Below are positions 34,473 to 47,938 of a stretch of 64,000 bases of DNA, piece after piece. This DNA comes from Macrostomum lignano (taxonomy: Eukaryota), in NCBI GenBank assembly GCA_002269645.1, contig NIVC01001374.1, forward strand, positions 124,001-188,000, in the 5' to 3' direction. The stretch's first letter is position 1; every line of letters starts with the position of its first letter. The notes under the pieces are model-generated. The model had not been told where the DNA came from. It saw only the letters and a list, made by a program, of their open reading frames with translations, and did no database searches. Position numbers and translations under genes: made by a program.

Positions 34473-37400
34473 GACAGGCAGACAGACAGACAGACAGACA
34501 CAGACAGACATACAGACAGGCAGCAGACAGACAGACAGACAGACACACAGACAGACAGACAGACACAGACAGACACAGACAGACAGACAGACACAGACAG
34601 ACACAGACAGACACAGACATACAGACACAGGCATCTCAGCAGCGCAGCCTCACCCTTGCTAGCGAACTCGGACTTAAGCGAAGTGAGCTTGACAAACAGG
34701 GACTTGGCCTGCGACTCGGCAGTGAGAATGGACGGCAGGCAGGCCTTCATTCTGTGCACAGTGGAGCCGAAAGCTTCGCCAGCGTAGCCAGCCATGCTGG
34801 CCAAGCCGCGCAGGCAGGTGGCCGGATCGGCTGGCAGGGCAGCCAGGTTGATGCGGTACAAATCGTCCATGTAGTGCAGCAGCCGCTCCAGAGCTGCCAT
34901 GTCGCAGTTCTCATCCAGAGCGCCTTTGCGCAACTGTTCGATCAGCTGGTCGACCTTGATTTAATTCGAGGGTTGAGGTAGGAGCTTATCTTTTCGATCT
35001 GACTTAAATAATGGGAGATTTATGGAGAGTAGCCATTGTCTGATTTGGGTGTTTTCTAGAGGTTGCTGCTTTTCAGGCGTTAGGAGTGGTTGTGCGGGCG
35101 ATTCTCATGGGTATTTGAAGGGCGATTCTTAGGGGTCATTTGAAGGGCGATTCTTAGGGGTCATTTGAAGGGCGATTCTTAGGGGTCATTTGAAGGGCGA
35201 TTCTTAGGGGTCATTTGAAGGTCGATTCTTAGGGGTCATTTGAAGGGCGATTCTTAGGGGTATTTGAAGGTCGATTCTTAGGGGTCATTTGAAGGGCGAT
35301 TCTCAGAAGTATTTGAAGGGCGATTCTCAGGGGTATTTGAAGGGCGATTCTTAGGGGTATTTGAAGGGCGATTCTTAGAGGTATTTGAAGGGCGATTCTC
35401 AGGGGTATTTGAAGGGCGATTCTTAGGGGTATTTGAAGGGCGATTCTCAGGGGTATTTGAAGGGCGATTCTTAGGGGTATTTGAAGGGCGATTCTTAGAG
35501 GTATTTGAAGGGCGATTCTTAGGGGTATTTGAAGGGCGATTCTTAGGGGTATTTGAAAGGTGATTCTTAGAGGTATTTGAAGTGTGATTCTTAGGGGTAC
35601 TTGAAGGGTGATTCTTAGGGGTATTTGAAGGGCGATTCTTAGAGGTATTTAAAGCGTGATTCTTAGGGGTATTTGAAGGGCGATTCTTAGGGTTATTTGA
35701 AGTGTGATTCTTAGGGGTACTTGAAGGGTGCTTCTTAGGGGTACTTGAAGGGTGATTCTTAGGGGTACTTGAAGGGTGCTTCTTAGGGGTACTTGAAGGG
35801 TGATTCTTAGAGGTATTTAAAGCGTGATTCTTAGGGGTACTTGAAGGGTGCTTCTTAGGGGTACTTGAAGGGTGATTCTTAGAGGTATTTAAAGCGTGAT
35901 TCTTAGGGGTATTTGAAGGGCGATTCTTACGGGTATTTGAAGAGCGATTCTTACGGGTACTTGAAGGGCGATTCTGACGGGTATTTAAAGGGCGATTCTC
36001 AGCGATTTAAATGGCAATTCTCAGGGGTGTTTGAAAGTTGATTCTCAGGGAGGACCTTTCTGGGACGATTCTACAGGAAAGTACGTTAGCTTTTCTCTCT
36101 AATGTTCAGCTTCAATCGCCGGGCACTCACAGCAGCCTCGTGGCCCAGCAGCTCCGGGAACAGACTAGCCAGTTTAACCAGCAGCTCAGGTGAGCAGGTG
36201 GACAAAGCGTGCTGGAAATGGCCCAGCAGGTGACGCAGGTGGCCTAGCAGGCAGCGCAGATGAGCAGCGAATCTCTGCTGTTCAGTAGCCGGCGTTGGAG
36301 AAGGCGGGGCGACCTCTGAAGCTTCAGGGGCGTCAGCGGCGACAGCGGCAGCAGCGGCGGCGGCAGCGGCCACAGCGGCAGTGGCCTGTTGATCAAGGCC
36401 GAATTTCTCCTTGAGCTGGTCGCAGAGCAGGTCGCACTTGCTAGCCAGACGGGTCATCAGCAGGCAGATCAGAACGCAGTCGTGATCGCCGCCGCGCCTA
36501 GCAAAGGACTCGGGCAGGAAGGCGCACAGCAGCTTGACGTGGGAGGCGTTCTGAGCGGCGTCCAGTTCGCGCAGCTCCGAGTCGATGAGGCGGGCCAGCT
36601 GCCGGGTCTCGGCCATATGGCTTTTGAAGTCGAAACTGCCGGCTACAGCGGCTGCGGCTGCATCGGCTGCGGCGGCCGCGGCTGCCGTCTTCTGTTGCTG
36701 CTGCTGCTGGGATGCGGAGTCTTCAGCGGCTGCGGCCGACGGCTTTGACTGCTGCAGCTGCCGGTTCTGGTCCTGTTGGGGTGTTGCGAGTGACTCTCAT
36801 TGGAGTGATTCTCACTAGGTGTTGCAAGTGACTCTCAATCGAGTGACTCTCATTGGAGTGATTCTCATTGGGTGTTGCGAGTGACTCTCATTGGAAAGAT
36901 TCTCATTGGAGTGATTCTCACTGGGTGTTGCGAGTGATAACTCATTGGAGTGATTCTCATTGGGTGTTGCGAGTGACTCTCATTGGAGTGATTCTCATTG
37001 GGTGCTGCGAGGAATTCTCATTGGGTGTTGCAAGTGATTCTTATTGGAGTGATTCTCATTGGAGTGACTCTCATTGAAGTGATTCTCATTGGAGTGACTC
37101 TCATTTTAGTGACTCTCATTGGAGTGATTCTCATTGGGTGCTGCGAGGAATTCTCATTGGGTGTTGCAAGTGATTCTTATTGGAGTGATTCTCATTGGAG
37201 TGACTCTCATTGGAGTGATTCTCATTGGAGTGACTCTCATTGGAGTGACTCTCATTGGAGTGATTCTCATTGGGTGTTGCGAGTGACTCTCATTGGAGTG
37301 ATTCTCATTGGGTGCTGCGAGGAATTCTCATTGGGTGTTGCAAGTGATTCTTATTGGAGTGATTCTCATGGGGTATTGCGAGTGATTCGTTATGTGATAG

Positions 37401-40400
37401 GATCGTATAATCAATACATCTGTCTAACCTGCAGCTCCTTGACGAGATCCCGGAACTTCCCAATGGTGGTCTCATAGTCTCGCACGCTATCCTGCAGGCA
37501 ATTGTACATTCGCTTCAGTTCGTTCAGCGCCCCCTGTCGCAGTTCCAGCTGTTCACGAAGGCCCGATTCGGTTTCGCGCGAGCTCTCCAACAATTCGTCA
37601 TTCATTTCGCACAGCTGTTCGAGATCTTCTTTCTCTTCGGCCAGCTGTTCCACTCTCTCTTCTAGGGTGAGATTCTTCTCGGTCAGGGTTGAGACCATCT
37701 CCTCAGCGCCCAGGGCCGCGTCAACCTGGATTTATGAAATTGAGCATTTTAGTCAGTAAAAATGTTACTTTTTTATTGGTACCAGGCCCTTTAAATGGAA
37801 ATATTCTAGTGTTCTATCTTCCATATACTAAAATTCTCTCAGTTATGATGGTCCACCTTGTGTGACAAATGCACACTGAGTCTATACACAGAGATAGTAG
37901 AATAACTAGTGGGCCACTCAGCAAATTTGCGTATAAGCTACTTTCAGTTCAGTAGTAGGTTAAAAATGCATTTTAATGCATTTTTAAAGCCAAGGCTCAT
38001 TTATTTATTGGCCTTTACCGCCAAGCTGAAACCCTCCAACCACGCCTTTTCACACTACCCCCTGCCCCGCCCCAATTTTTATTGCCTTTCTCTCGGAATT
38101 CCAACCTAAAGCTGCCATGTACATTTCAGTGGAATGGCCAATGTACATTACTGCTGAACCAATTAGCAAGTTGTTTGGGCTTCTGAACTAATCAAAGTAA
38201 TTTCAGCTGCCTTTATTTTTATAAAATAGCTTATGTATTCTTCTTTGCTACTGAACTGAAAGTAGAAAGCTGCTTTACTAAGTATTTATGCCTGAGTTGC
38301 CTATCTAGTTATTCTAGTATCTTCTAAAACGAATATAAGCCCCAGCCAGGTACTCACCTGTTCCTGCAGTTCAATAAGCTTCTCATTAGTAGCGGCCAGC
38401 TCTTCCAACGCTCTGGACTTCTCCCTGCGCAGGTGGTCAACCTCGGAGCGCAACTCTTTGCACTCTTTTCGGCACACCTGCAATTCCTGCTTGTCCTGAT
38501 TGGACAGGTCGCGGAATTTCACCAGGCCCTCCTTCAGCTTGGTATTCTGCTCTTGCAGCTGCTTCACCTCCAGCGGAGTGACGCCGTGCTGATTGGCTAA
38601 AGATAAAGCAAATAGAATTGCACTACTTATTAATTAAGTAGGCTGAATGCAAATTGCAATCAAAATTTACGATAAATACAGAAGCTTTCGATTGACTCTT
38701 ATTTAATATAACTTTTCAAGTGTGTGCAACACTTGAAATCGCAAGCTGTCGGATGGTGCTTGGGTCTGCCTGATACATGCGGATGTACATGTACCATTAA
38801 TCTGTTCAAGTCGTTTTCACGGCTCGTATATCTGCTAACTTCTATCTAATGCACAGTGGAATGTACAGGTAATGTATCGGTGTATAATGTACAGCTATGG
38901 CTAGAGCACCAATACTGTACACACGCTCACACAGGATGTACAGCCTGTACACACGCTCACACAGGATGTACAGCCTGTTCACACGCTCACACAGGATGTA
39001 CAGCCTGTACACACGCTTACACAGGATGTACAGCCTGTACACACGCTTACACAGGATGTACAGCCTGTACACACGCTCACACAGGATGTACAGCCTGTTC
39101 ACACGCTCACACAGGATGTACAGCCTGTACACACGCTCACACAGGATGTACAGCCTGTACACACGCTCACACAGGATGTACAGCCTGTACACACGCTCAC
39201 ACAGAATGTACAGCCTGTAAACACGCTCACACAGGATGTACAGCCTGTACACACGCTCACACAGGATGTACAGCGGCGTTTTGACTTTCTAACCGTCAAG
39301 TATGTACATTCTCTAGTCTCTGTGCCTTATGTGCCTTAAAATCGTCTCTCGCTACTACTAGTAAGTAGGAACAGACAAACCATGCCAATGTAACTAAGCT
39401 AACAAACGAAACTTATTTCATACGCTCATAGCGTTCAGTTTCAATCAATACTACAAGCGGGTGCTTTTAAAGCATTCCTTAGGTAAAAAATTCAAAAAGG
39501 GTCCAGATAAAACAATTTTCAACAAAGTTTTCTGATGCAAATTAATCGCTATTAGCAAAATATACCTACACATTATTTTGGCTGAAATAAACAAGGCGAT
39601 TATAAAATAAACAACCTATAGTACGAGAAAATCTTTTTAACAATACTAACAGATAGGTAACAATAGTCTTTAAATAACTGCTATTAACTAACTGTTAAGA
39701 ACAAGCTTTGGGTGTCCTGTTCTTTACCTAATAAACCAGCCCAGCAACAACTGAAGGAACCAATTTAACAGAGAACTGAGCTTACCCATTTTCACTACCG
39801 ATCGGACTTTGCAGACTAAGGGATTGATATTTTCTAGGGGAACAAATTGCAGTATGCTTGTAGAGTATGTAGCATTTGGGTAGATTGGGAAGGTTATGCG
39901 ATCACTGACCCCTGAAGTATCTGATCACTGACCCCTGAAGTATCTGATCACTGACCCCTGAAGTATCTGATCACTGACCCCTGAAGTATCTGATCACTGA
40001 CCCCTGAAGTATCTGATCACTGACCCCTGAAGTATCTGATCACTGACCCCTGAAGTATCTGATCACTGACCCCTGAAGTATCTGATCACTGACCCCTGAA
40101 GTATCTGATCACTGACCCCTGAAGTATCTGATCACTGACCCCTGAAGTATCTGATCACTGACCCCTGAAGTATCTGATCACTGACCCCTGAAGTATCTGA
40201 TCACTGACCCCTGAAGAATCTGATCACTGACCCCTGAAGTATCTGATCACTGACCCCTGAAGTATCTGATCACTGACCCCTGAAATATCTGATCACTGAC
40301 CCCTGAAGTATATGATGACTGACCTCTGAAGTATTTGATCACTGAACCCTGAAGTATCTGATCACTGACCTCTGAAATATCTGATCACTGATCCCTGAAG

Positions 40401-43400
40401 TATCTGATCACTGACCCCTGAAGTATCTGATGACTGACCCCTGAAGTATCTGATCACTGACCCCTGAAGTATCTCATCACTGACCCCTGAAGTATCAGAT
40501 CACTGACCCCTGAAGTATCAGATCACTGACACCTGAAGCCTCTGGAAGATTGATGACTAAAGGGTGATTTCTAGCATTATAAAGGCAAGGCACTCAAGCG
40601 CAAGTGAAGCACAATAAGTGTTCTCACCTGTTCCCTCAGCCTCCTCGCGCAAGATATCATTCTCCAAGGTAAGCTCTTCAACTCGCTGCTTGAGCGACTC
40701 AACTTCTTTATCGAGTTCGTCAGCCCGTTCCTCGGCCATCTCCTTGTCTAGCGTGGCCAGTTCCATGTTCTCGGACACGTCGGCCATGTCCTCTTTGTAG
40801 CTGAGTAAAGATTGCGATAATAAACAAGGTATATTCATTAAGAAGCTGACGCATGACATCTGACAAGTACTGACATCTGACAAGCACTGACATCTGACAA
40901 GCACTGACATCTGACAGTATGCACTGACATCTGACAAGCACTGACATCTGACAGTATGCACCAGTTGATATCTGACAAGCACTGACATCTGATAAGCACT
41001 GACATCTGACAAGCACTGACATCTGACATGCACTGATATCTGACAGTATGCACTGACATCTGACATGCACTGACATCTGACATGCACTGACATCTGACAG
41101 TATGCACTGATATCTGACAAGCACTGACATCAGACAAGCACTGACATCTGACAAGCACTGATATCTGACAAGCACTGACATCTGACATGCACTGATATCT
41201 GACAGTATGCACTGACATCTGACAAGCACTGACATCTGATAAGCACTGACATCTGATAAGCACTGACATCTGACATGCACTGATATCTGACAGTATGCAC
41301 TGACATCTGACAAGCACTGACATCTGATAAGCACTGACATCAGACAAGCACTGACATCTGACAAGCACTGACATCTGACAAGTACTGACATCAGACAAGC
41401 ACTGACATCTGACAGTATGCACTGACATCTGACAAGCACTGACATCTGATAAGCACTGACATCCGACAAGCACTGACATCTGACAAGCACTGACATCTGA
41501 CAGTATGCACTGACATCTGACAAGCACTGACATCTGATAAGCACTGACATCAGACAAGCACTGACATCTGACAGTATGCACTGACATCTGACAAGCACTG
41601 ACATCTGATAAGCACTGACATCCGACAAGCACTGACATCTGACAAGCACTGACATCTGACAGTATGCACTGACATCTGACAAGCACTGACATCTGATAAG
41701 CACTGACATCAGACAAGCACTGACATCTGACAGTATGCACTGACATCTGACAGTATGCACTGACATCTGACAAGCACTGACATCTGATAAGCACTGACAT
41801 CAGACAAGCACTGACATCTGACAGTATGCACTGACATCTGACAAGCAATGACATCAGACAAGCACTGACATCCGACAAGCATAAGTAGAGGCTCATGTAA
41901 CGAATTGCAGAGAACTCATTGAAAGGCCAAGCTAGCTTATTTGCATCTATTTATAGTTTCTGATTTCCATCAAATCAACTAACCGATCGAACGCCTCCCG
42001 AATCTGAGTAGCCTCAGCCTTGGCAGCCACCAGCTGTCTCTGCAGGTCGGCATTCTGCTCAGCCATGCGCCTCTTATTCTCCTCCAATTGTTGCAGCAGA
42101 AGGCGGGCCTTCTCGCCCTCCTTCAATTTGTCCTTATCTTCGGCTCGCTTCCGTTTCAGCGTGTCCAACTTGTCCTGCAAGTCGGCCACTTCCGCTCGCA
42201 AATTGTCAACAATCTGATTGGATTCGGCCAGTTCAGCGTCGCGCTGAGTGGAATCCACCTCGCTGCTGCCCAACAGCTGGGCTGGGTCGGCTGCGATGGC
42301 CTAGAGCCGGGCAGGGGGGGGGGTCAATGCATTGCGCAGTCCTGAGTGGGTGACCGCCAACACTAGGCAGTATTTTATCTAACGCTTATCTACTCTCATC
42401 TGTCTCTACCATCTAGCTTATCTACTCTCATCTGTCTCTACCATCTAGCTTATCTACTCTCATCTGTCTCTACCATCTAGCTTATCTACTCTCATCTGTC
42501 TCTACCATCTAGCTTATCTACTCTCATCTGTCTCTACCATCTAGCTTATCTACTCTCATCTGTCTCTACTATCTAGCTTATCTACTCTCACCTGTCTCTA
42601 CCATCTAGCTTATCTACTCTCATCTGTCTCTACCATCTAGCTTATCTACTCTCATCTGTCTCTACCATCTAGCTTATCTACTCTCATCTGTCTCTACTAT
42701 CTAGCTTATCTACTCTCATCTGTCTCTACTATCTAGCTTATCTACTCTCATCTGTCTCTACTATCTAGCTTATCTACTCTCATCTGTCTCTACCATCTAG
42801 CTTATCTACTCTCATCTGTCTCTACCATCTAGCTTATCTACTCTCATCTGTCTCTACTATCTAGCTTATCTACTCTCATCTGTCTCTACTATCTAGCTTA
42901 TCTACTCTCATCTGTCTCTACCATCTAGCTTATCTACTCTCATCTGTCTCTACTATCTAGCTTATCTACTCTCATCTGTCTCTACCATCTAGCTTATCTA
43001 CTCTCATCTGTCTCTACCATCTAGCTTATCTACTCTCATCTGTCTCTACCATCTAGCTTATCTACTCTCACATGTCTCTACTATCTAGCTTATTTACTCT
43101 CACCTGTCTCTGTCATCTAGCTTATCTACTCTCACCTGTCTCTACCATCTAGCTTATTTACTCTCACCTGTCTCTGTCATCTAGCTTATTTACTCTCTCC
43201 TGTCTCTACCATCTAGCTTATCTACTCTCTCCTGTCTCTACCATCTAGCTTATCTACTATCTCCTGTCTCTACCATCTAGCTTATTTACTCTCACCTGTC
43301 TCTACCATCTAGCTTATTTACTCCGATTACTCTTAACTGTCTCATGTGTCTACCATCTAGCTTATCTACTCTCTCCTGGGTCATGTGTCTACTCTCTCCT

Positions 43401-46400
43401 GTGTCATGTCTCTACCATCTAGCTTATCTACTCTCTCCTGTGTCATGTCTCTACCATCTAGCTTATCTACTCTTTCCTGTGTCATGTGTCTACCATCTAG
43501 CTCATCTACTCTCTCGTGTCTCTCTGTTCCCTTGTCTCATCTTTATCCAGTTCACTCTCTAAAATCTCATCTACCGCATGGCAGGCAAAAGATCCCCCTT
43601 AAAATACTGTCTGTACCTGATTATTCAACTACAAAAACGGATACAAAGGAGGCATGCAATTATTGGGTTAACAAAAGAAACACGGTGAATAATGCTAGTG
43701 TTACCTGTTTTGCAATCCAGACGGATAGAGGCTTTAATTCATGCATAACTATTTCGAGCTAGCACGAAAATTAAATCAATGCTGTTACTGTAAACATGTA
43801 TTGTCAAATAAAATTTGACGGTTTTAAAGTGGTTAAAACTCAAAATGTTAGGAATAAAAGTTTTAGCTAATGAAGCTCTCTACAACTCAGGGGTTGGTAA
43901 ACTCCGGCCCGTGAAGACTATCTATCCGGCCCTTGGGTCCTTTGAGACTTCAAAATAGCAATCCGGCCCTATCATCTTCCCTCTCTCCTTTCTCCCCTCC
44001 TCTCTCCTCTCCTCTCCTCTCTTATCTCCCCTCTATCAACTCCCATCTCTCATCTCCCTTCCTCTCTCCGCTCCTTTCCTTTCTTATCTCCCCACTTCTC
44101 TCCTCTCCTCTCTTATCTCCCCTCCTCTCTCCCGTCCTCTCCCTTCTCTCATCTCCCCTCCCTCCTCTCTCTTCTCCTCTCCCCACCCTCCTCTCTCCTC
44201 TCCCCTCCCTTCCCTTCTCTCTCCTCTTCTCTCTCATCTCCCCTCTCTGTCCCAGTCATTCACTAGATAGACTATACCTGGCCCTTAATGAACTAAAAAA
44301 GGTTTGCAACCTCTGATCTATTCTACAAGAAAAGCTGTTAAACAAATGTTTTTAGCTGTACTGTCTTGTCACGAAAAGTACAAAAATAATGACGAAAAAC
44401 ACAAATTTATCAAGCACTTCAAATGGTGCGCATTTATAATTAGGAGTTTTGCTTTACCGAAGACACCATTGGCGACGACTGACTAGCTGGTATACGCTGG
44501 ATACCAGCTGATGGTGGAATTAACATTGACTGCCGCTTAGATGGCTGCTGCTGCGGCTCTTGCTGTTGCTGCTATTAGAAAATTATAATAATACAATAAT
44601 TATAAGCATTCATAATCAAACAATTATTGATGCATAAAAAATGACACGGCAAACTTAAAAAAATCAACATAAATTATGATACTGCGCAAGATTTTCTAAT
44701 TATTAGATTTATCATTTATAGTCGCTATGGTGGAATAGACCCGCAGGCGACAGACTAAATGAAATATTAATTAATAAGACAAGGGTTCGTACCTTCTGAC
44801 GACCTTCGGGAGACTATAGGGTAGTATTGGTAATTACGAAGAGCTGATAATATACGAGTATTAAGCATGTAATAGGGCATAAGCGATTTTCAAGCCTGAC
44901 AATGTAATCCTAAGTGGAATAATCTAGCTATTCAAGACTTGCTTTTTATTGTCTATGGCCAAAAAGTGGGTCTGTGTGGAGCAGCCAGTTAGAGAATTTT
45001 CGGTCCGCATCAGAGAATATCGAGCGCTACACTATCCCGCTGTCGAATTTAAAAGCCCGTCAGTTGCTTCTGGTTTGTGCCATAGACTAGCCAGCATTCT
45101 CTGGGCTTTGCTCAACTCTGTGTCCAAATGAAAAGCAATTTAGACAATTCTTTGTTTCACCCTCGATTGTCTATGGTTTAAATAATAAGGAAATAATCGA
45201 TTATTGTTAGTTATTATTATTATTTCAATGCACAACATAAAAAACTTCCGTGAGTGAATTGAGCAACTGTCTAAATGTATTGTCGGTGGCTTGTCTAAAT
45301 ATAAACTTTTAATGGTGTTTAACAACAAATTGAATGACGAAATTTCATGATAGCAATGAAACGAATGCGCCGTTTTCAACGAGTATGGTGTGAATTATTG
45401 CTATGAAAAAGCTTCCCTTAACTACCCTGTAAATAAAAACTAAATTTATAACTCGAGCATTAGATGAGCAATCACTAAAACTTTTATTCATACATTTAAA
45501 CAGCAATGAAAGCAACACCAATGTATAGAAATAATCGCCACCAATGCTAAATAGTCTACTATAAGTAGAAATGAGAGAAAACCAAGCCATTTATCCGAAT
45601 AGAAAAATTGAACAAAATCTAAGCACAGGCCAAGCCAGCTCACCAGCGAAACGCGTCGAGCTTGCGACTGCCCCTGGTCCACGCCAAGAGTGGCGCCGCT
45701 GCCCCGCCGCCGCCTGCGGCATCCTCGTCTAGGAGGCTCTCCCGACTGCGGTGTAACGATTCCCGACTCTTCGACACTGCCAGTGTTGTTGGCTTTTTTA
45801 AACCGGACGGAGCGACGGCCGGGGTGCCAGTTTTGGCGGCTGACGACGGGGCTGTTGCACCTTTAGATGGCGTTCCACTGCTCGGCTTCGAGTCCGGCAG
45901 CACAGTCAGCTGGGGGATGAGCGGTCATTTCAGTTGCTAACATTAGGCTTTATGACTTGAATGGCACTTCGACAGGGTTCGGGGCGATTCTTGGGAGGTC
46001 TGAGGGGCGATTCTTCGGAGGTCTGAGGGCGATTCTTGGGAGTTCTGAGGGGCGATTCTTGGGAGTTCTGAGGGGTGATTCTTGAGAGTTGTGAGGGAAG
46101 ATTCTAGGGAGTTCTGAGGGGCGATTTTTGGGAGTTTTGAGGGGCGATTCTTGGGAGTTCTGAGGGGTGATTCTTGAGAGTTCTGAGGGGTGATTCTTGA
46201 GAGTTGTGAGGGAAGATTCTAGGGAGTTCTGAGGGGCGATTTTTGGGAGTTCTGAGGGGCGATTTTTGGGAGTTCTGAGGGGTGATTCTTGAGATTTCTG
46301 AGGGAAGATTCTTGGGAGTTCTGAGGGGTGATTCTTGAGATTTCTGAGGGAAGATTCTTGGGAGTTCTGAGGGGTGATTCTTGAGATTTCTGAGGGAAGA

Positions 46401-47113
46401 TTCTTGGGAGTTCTAAGGGGCGATTTTTGGGAGTTCTGAGGGGCGATTCTTGAGAGTTCTGAAGGGCGATTCTTAAGAGTTCTGAAGGGCGATTTTTGGG
46501 AGTTCTGAGGGGCGATTTTTGGGAGTTCTGAGGGGCGATTCTTGAGAGTTCTGAAGGGCGATTCTTAAGAGTTCTGAGGGGCGATTCTTGGGAGGTCTGA
46601 GGGACGATTTATGAGGGTTCGGAGGGGCGCTTTTTGGGAGGTCTGAAGGGGCGATTTTTGCGAGGCTTGAAAGCCGATTTTATAGAGGTCTAAGAAAGAT
46701 TTCTAAGGGGTCCGAGCAGTGATTTAAAGAGTTTTAAGAGGCGACTTTTTAGAGTTTTGAGGAGCGGTTCTTGAGAGTTGCGAGAACGATACACGAGAGT
46801 TCCGAAGATCTCTAAGCTCAATTTAAGGACAAGCTGAAAACATACGTAAAAACGTCAATAATGACACTCAATTACGAATTCACACCTGAGTCTGGCGAAC
46901 AAACAGGCCGTGATTCTCCGGACAGGTGAAATACCGTTTCCCATTCACTGAGCCATCATTTTTGCCCTGAGACTCGTCCAGAGCCACGCCAACCCATTTG
47001 CCGGCAGAGAACTGGGTGGTGCCCACAAAGGCGACGGTGCCGCGCAGATTTTTACCCGACACCTCCACCCGGTTGCCGACCTTTACATTTGGTCCAGCGG
47101 CTGGGGACGCCAT
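31114..47113 (-). CDS. DCTN1: Dynactin subunit 1 (p150Glued), about 1329 aa; exons 47113-46886, 45909-45644, 44571-44458, 42300-41984, 40800-40628, 38596-38358, 37725-37429, 36772-36131, 34954-34654, 34304-34156, 34035-33685, 32974-32689, 31739-31114
   Basis: CAP-Gly ([32 protein letters not shown]); CC1 ([15 protein letters not shown]; [11 protein letters not shown]); dynactin domain ([17 protein letters not shown]; RSIRRRLP); CC2. Splice phases fit except for one missing base in exon 2. Confidence 0.95.
31784..32605. repeat. (CTGT)n microsatellite, DCTN1 intron 12
   Basis: Tetranucleotide array with CCTGT variants. Confidence 0.97.
33125..33667. repeat. (CTA)n microsatellite, DCTN1 intron 11
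   Basis: Trinucleotide array. Confidence 0.95.
34414..34630. repeat. (CAGA)n microsatellite, DCTN1 intron 9
   Basis: Same motif as intron 12 but on the opposite strand. Confidence 0.95.
35095..36050. repeat. 24-25 bp minisatellite (ATTTGAAGGGCGATTCTTAGGGGT), DCTN1 intron 8
   Basis: Tandem array. Confidence 0.95.
36780..37385. repeat. 15-bp-based minisatellite (CATTGGAGTGATTCT) with higher-order units, DCTN1 intron 7
   Basis: The array runs up to the splice acceptor at 36773. Confidence 0.93.
37898..38316. mobile_element. MITE family A, copy 1 (DCTN1 intron 6)
   Basis: TAGAATAACTAG...CTAGTTATTCTA inverted ends; extensive similarity to 51421-51761. Confidence 0.7.
38914..39273. repeat. 30-bp minisatellite (CAGCCTGTACACACGCTCACACAGGATGTA), DCTN1 intron 5
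   Basis: About 12 units. Confidence 0.95.
39900..40535. repeat. 23-bp minisatellite (GATCACTGACCCCTGAAGTATCT), DCTN1 intron 5
   Basis: About 27 units, homogeneous at the 5' end. Confidence 0.96.
40853..41880. repeat. 17/19-bp minisatellite (GCACTGACATCTGACAA), DCTN1 intron 4
   Basis: Tandem array filling the intron. Confidence 0.96.
42385..43500. repeat. 32-bp minisatellite (TTATCTACTCTCATCTGTCTCTACCATCTAGC), DCTN1 intron 3
   Basis: Tandem array that degenerates rightwards. Confidence 0.96.
43888..44315. mobile_element. hAT-like MITE with CT-rich interior
   Basis: CAGGGGTTGGTAAAC ... GGTTTGCAACCTCTG termini and CCGGCCC subterminal motifs; TSD not preserved. Confidence 0.6.
45980..46790. 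repeat. 22-23 bp minisatellite (GGGAGTTCTGAGGGGCGATTCTT), DCTN1 intron 1
   Basis: Tandem array sharing the GGGCGATTCTT core with the intron 8 array. Confidence 0.93.
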
Positions 47114-47329
47114 ATTGGCTGATAGATTGATTTATTATTGATTTGTTTGTTATATAGCGATAGCGGATTTTAAGAAATTAAACTCGTTTCCTTTCTCTCT
47201 GAAAGGACAGAAATGATATTTTTAGGATAGGTTGTATATGAATACTAATACTGAGATATATTATATGGTTCTTAATTAATAACATACTTTACGTAAGAGC
47301 TATATACGAGTTACAGGTAAGGGGGGGGG

Positions 47330-47678
47330 GCGGTGTGCACCCTGGCGCACTTTAAGCAACATTGTCACACAACCGGCGAGAGGCATTGCTGCCCATTCCG
47401 CCGACTCCCCTGAGCAGGCATACAAGCGCGCGGATACGTTACGCAGGCACAAACTCACACAGGAGTGTACAGAGGCCCTGACTTTATTAATCGTTAGGCA
47501 TGTACACTTCACTGTGAATTGGGGGGGGGGGGTTGGCCCTTAAGGCAGTTAATTGCCCTGAGCCGAGCCAAGCCGAGATTCTAATTCAGCCCCAAATTAA
47601 TGTGACTGCACTTGGAATCGAGCCTGGGCCGCTGGAACATCAGAGCGCCGCGCTGGACCGCTGGGCTACGGCACCCTG
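47330..47678 (-). mobile_element. tRNA-derived SINE family 2, copy 1
   Basis: The minus strand begins GGGTGCCGTAGCCCAGCGG (A box) and contains GGCTCGATTCC (B box). A collinear copy lies at 56945-57288. Confidence 0.8.
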
Positions 47679-47938
47679 CACCAGAGAGCTATATACGGCT
47701 ACCTATTATTTATTATTGATGCATATAATGTACAAAAATACAAAACAGACTACATCAAGTTTATTTACTCATAGAACATATGCTTTGAAGCTACTATGAG
47801 TACAGAGTAACAGTATTTAAAATTTAATTATTGATCAAGGAGGAATTAGAACGGCAAAGCCAGGCCTTCAAATGTTTGTGAACGATTTAGCCAAATTTAA
47901 ATGCTAATTTTTACACAGTCAATTTCAGTCACTACATG

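Noticed and set aside
20806-41896. Long ORFs in the track (20806-21727, 24661-25688, 26303-26941, 31046-32978, 33111-33948, 40720-41896)
   Set aside because: These are translations of stop-free micro- or minisatellites, or antisense shadows of DCTN1 exons, open in several frames at once.
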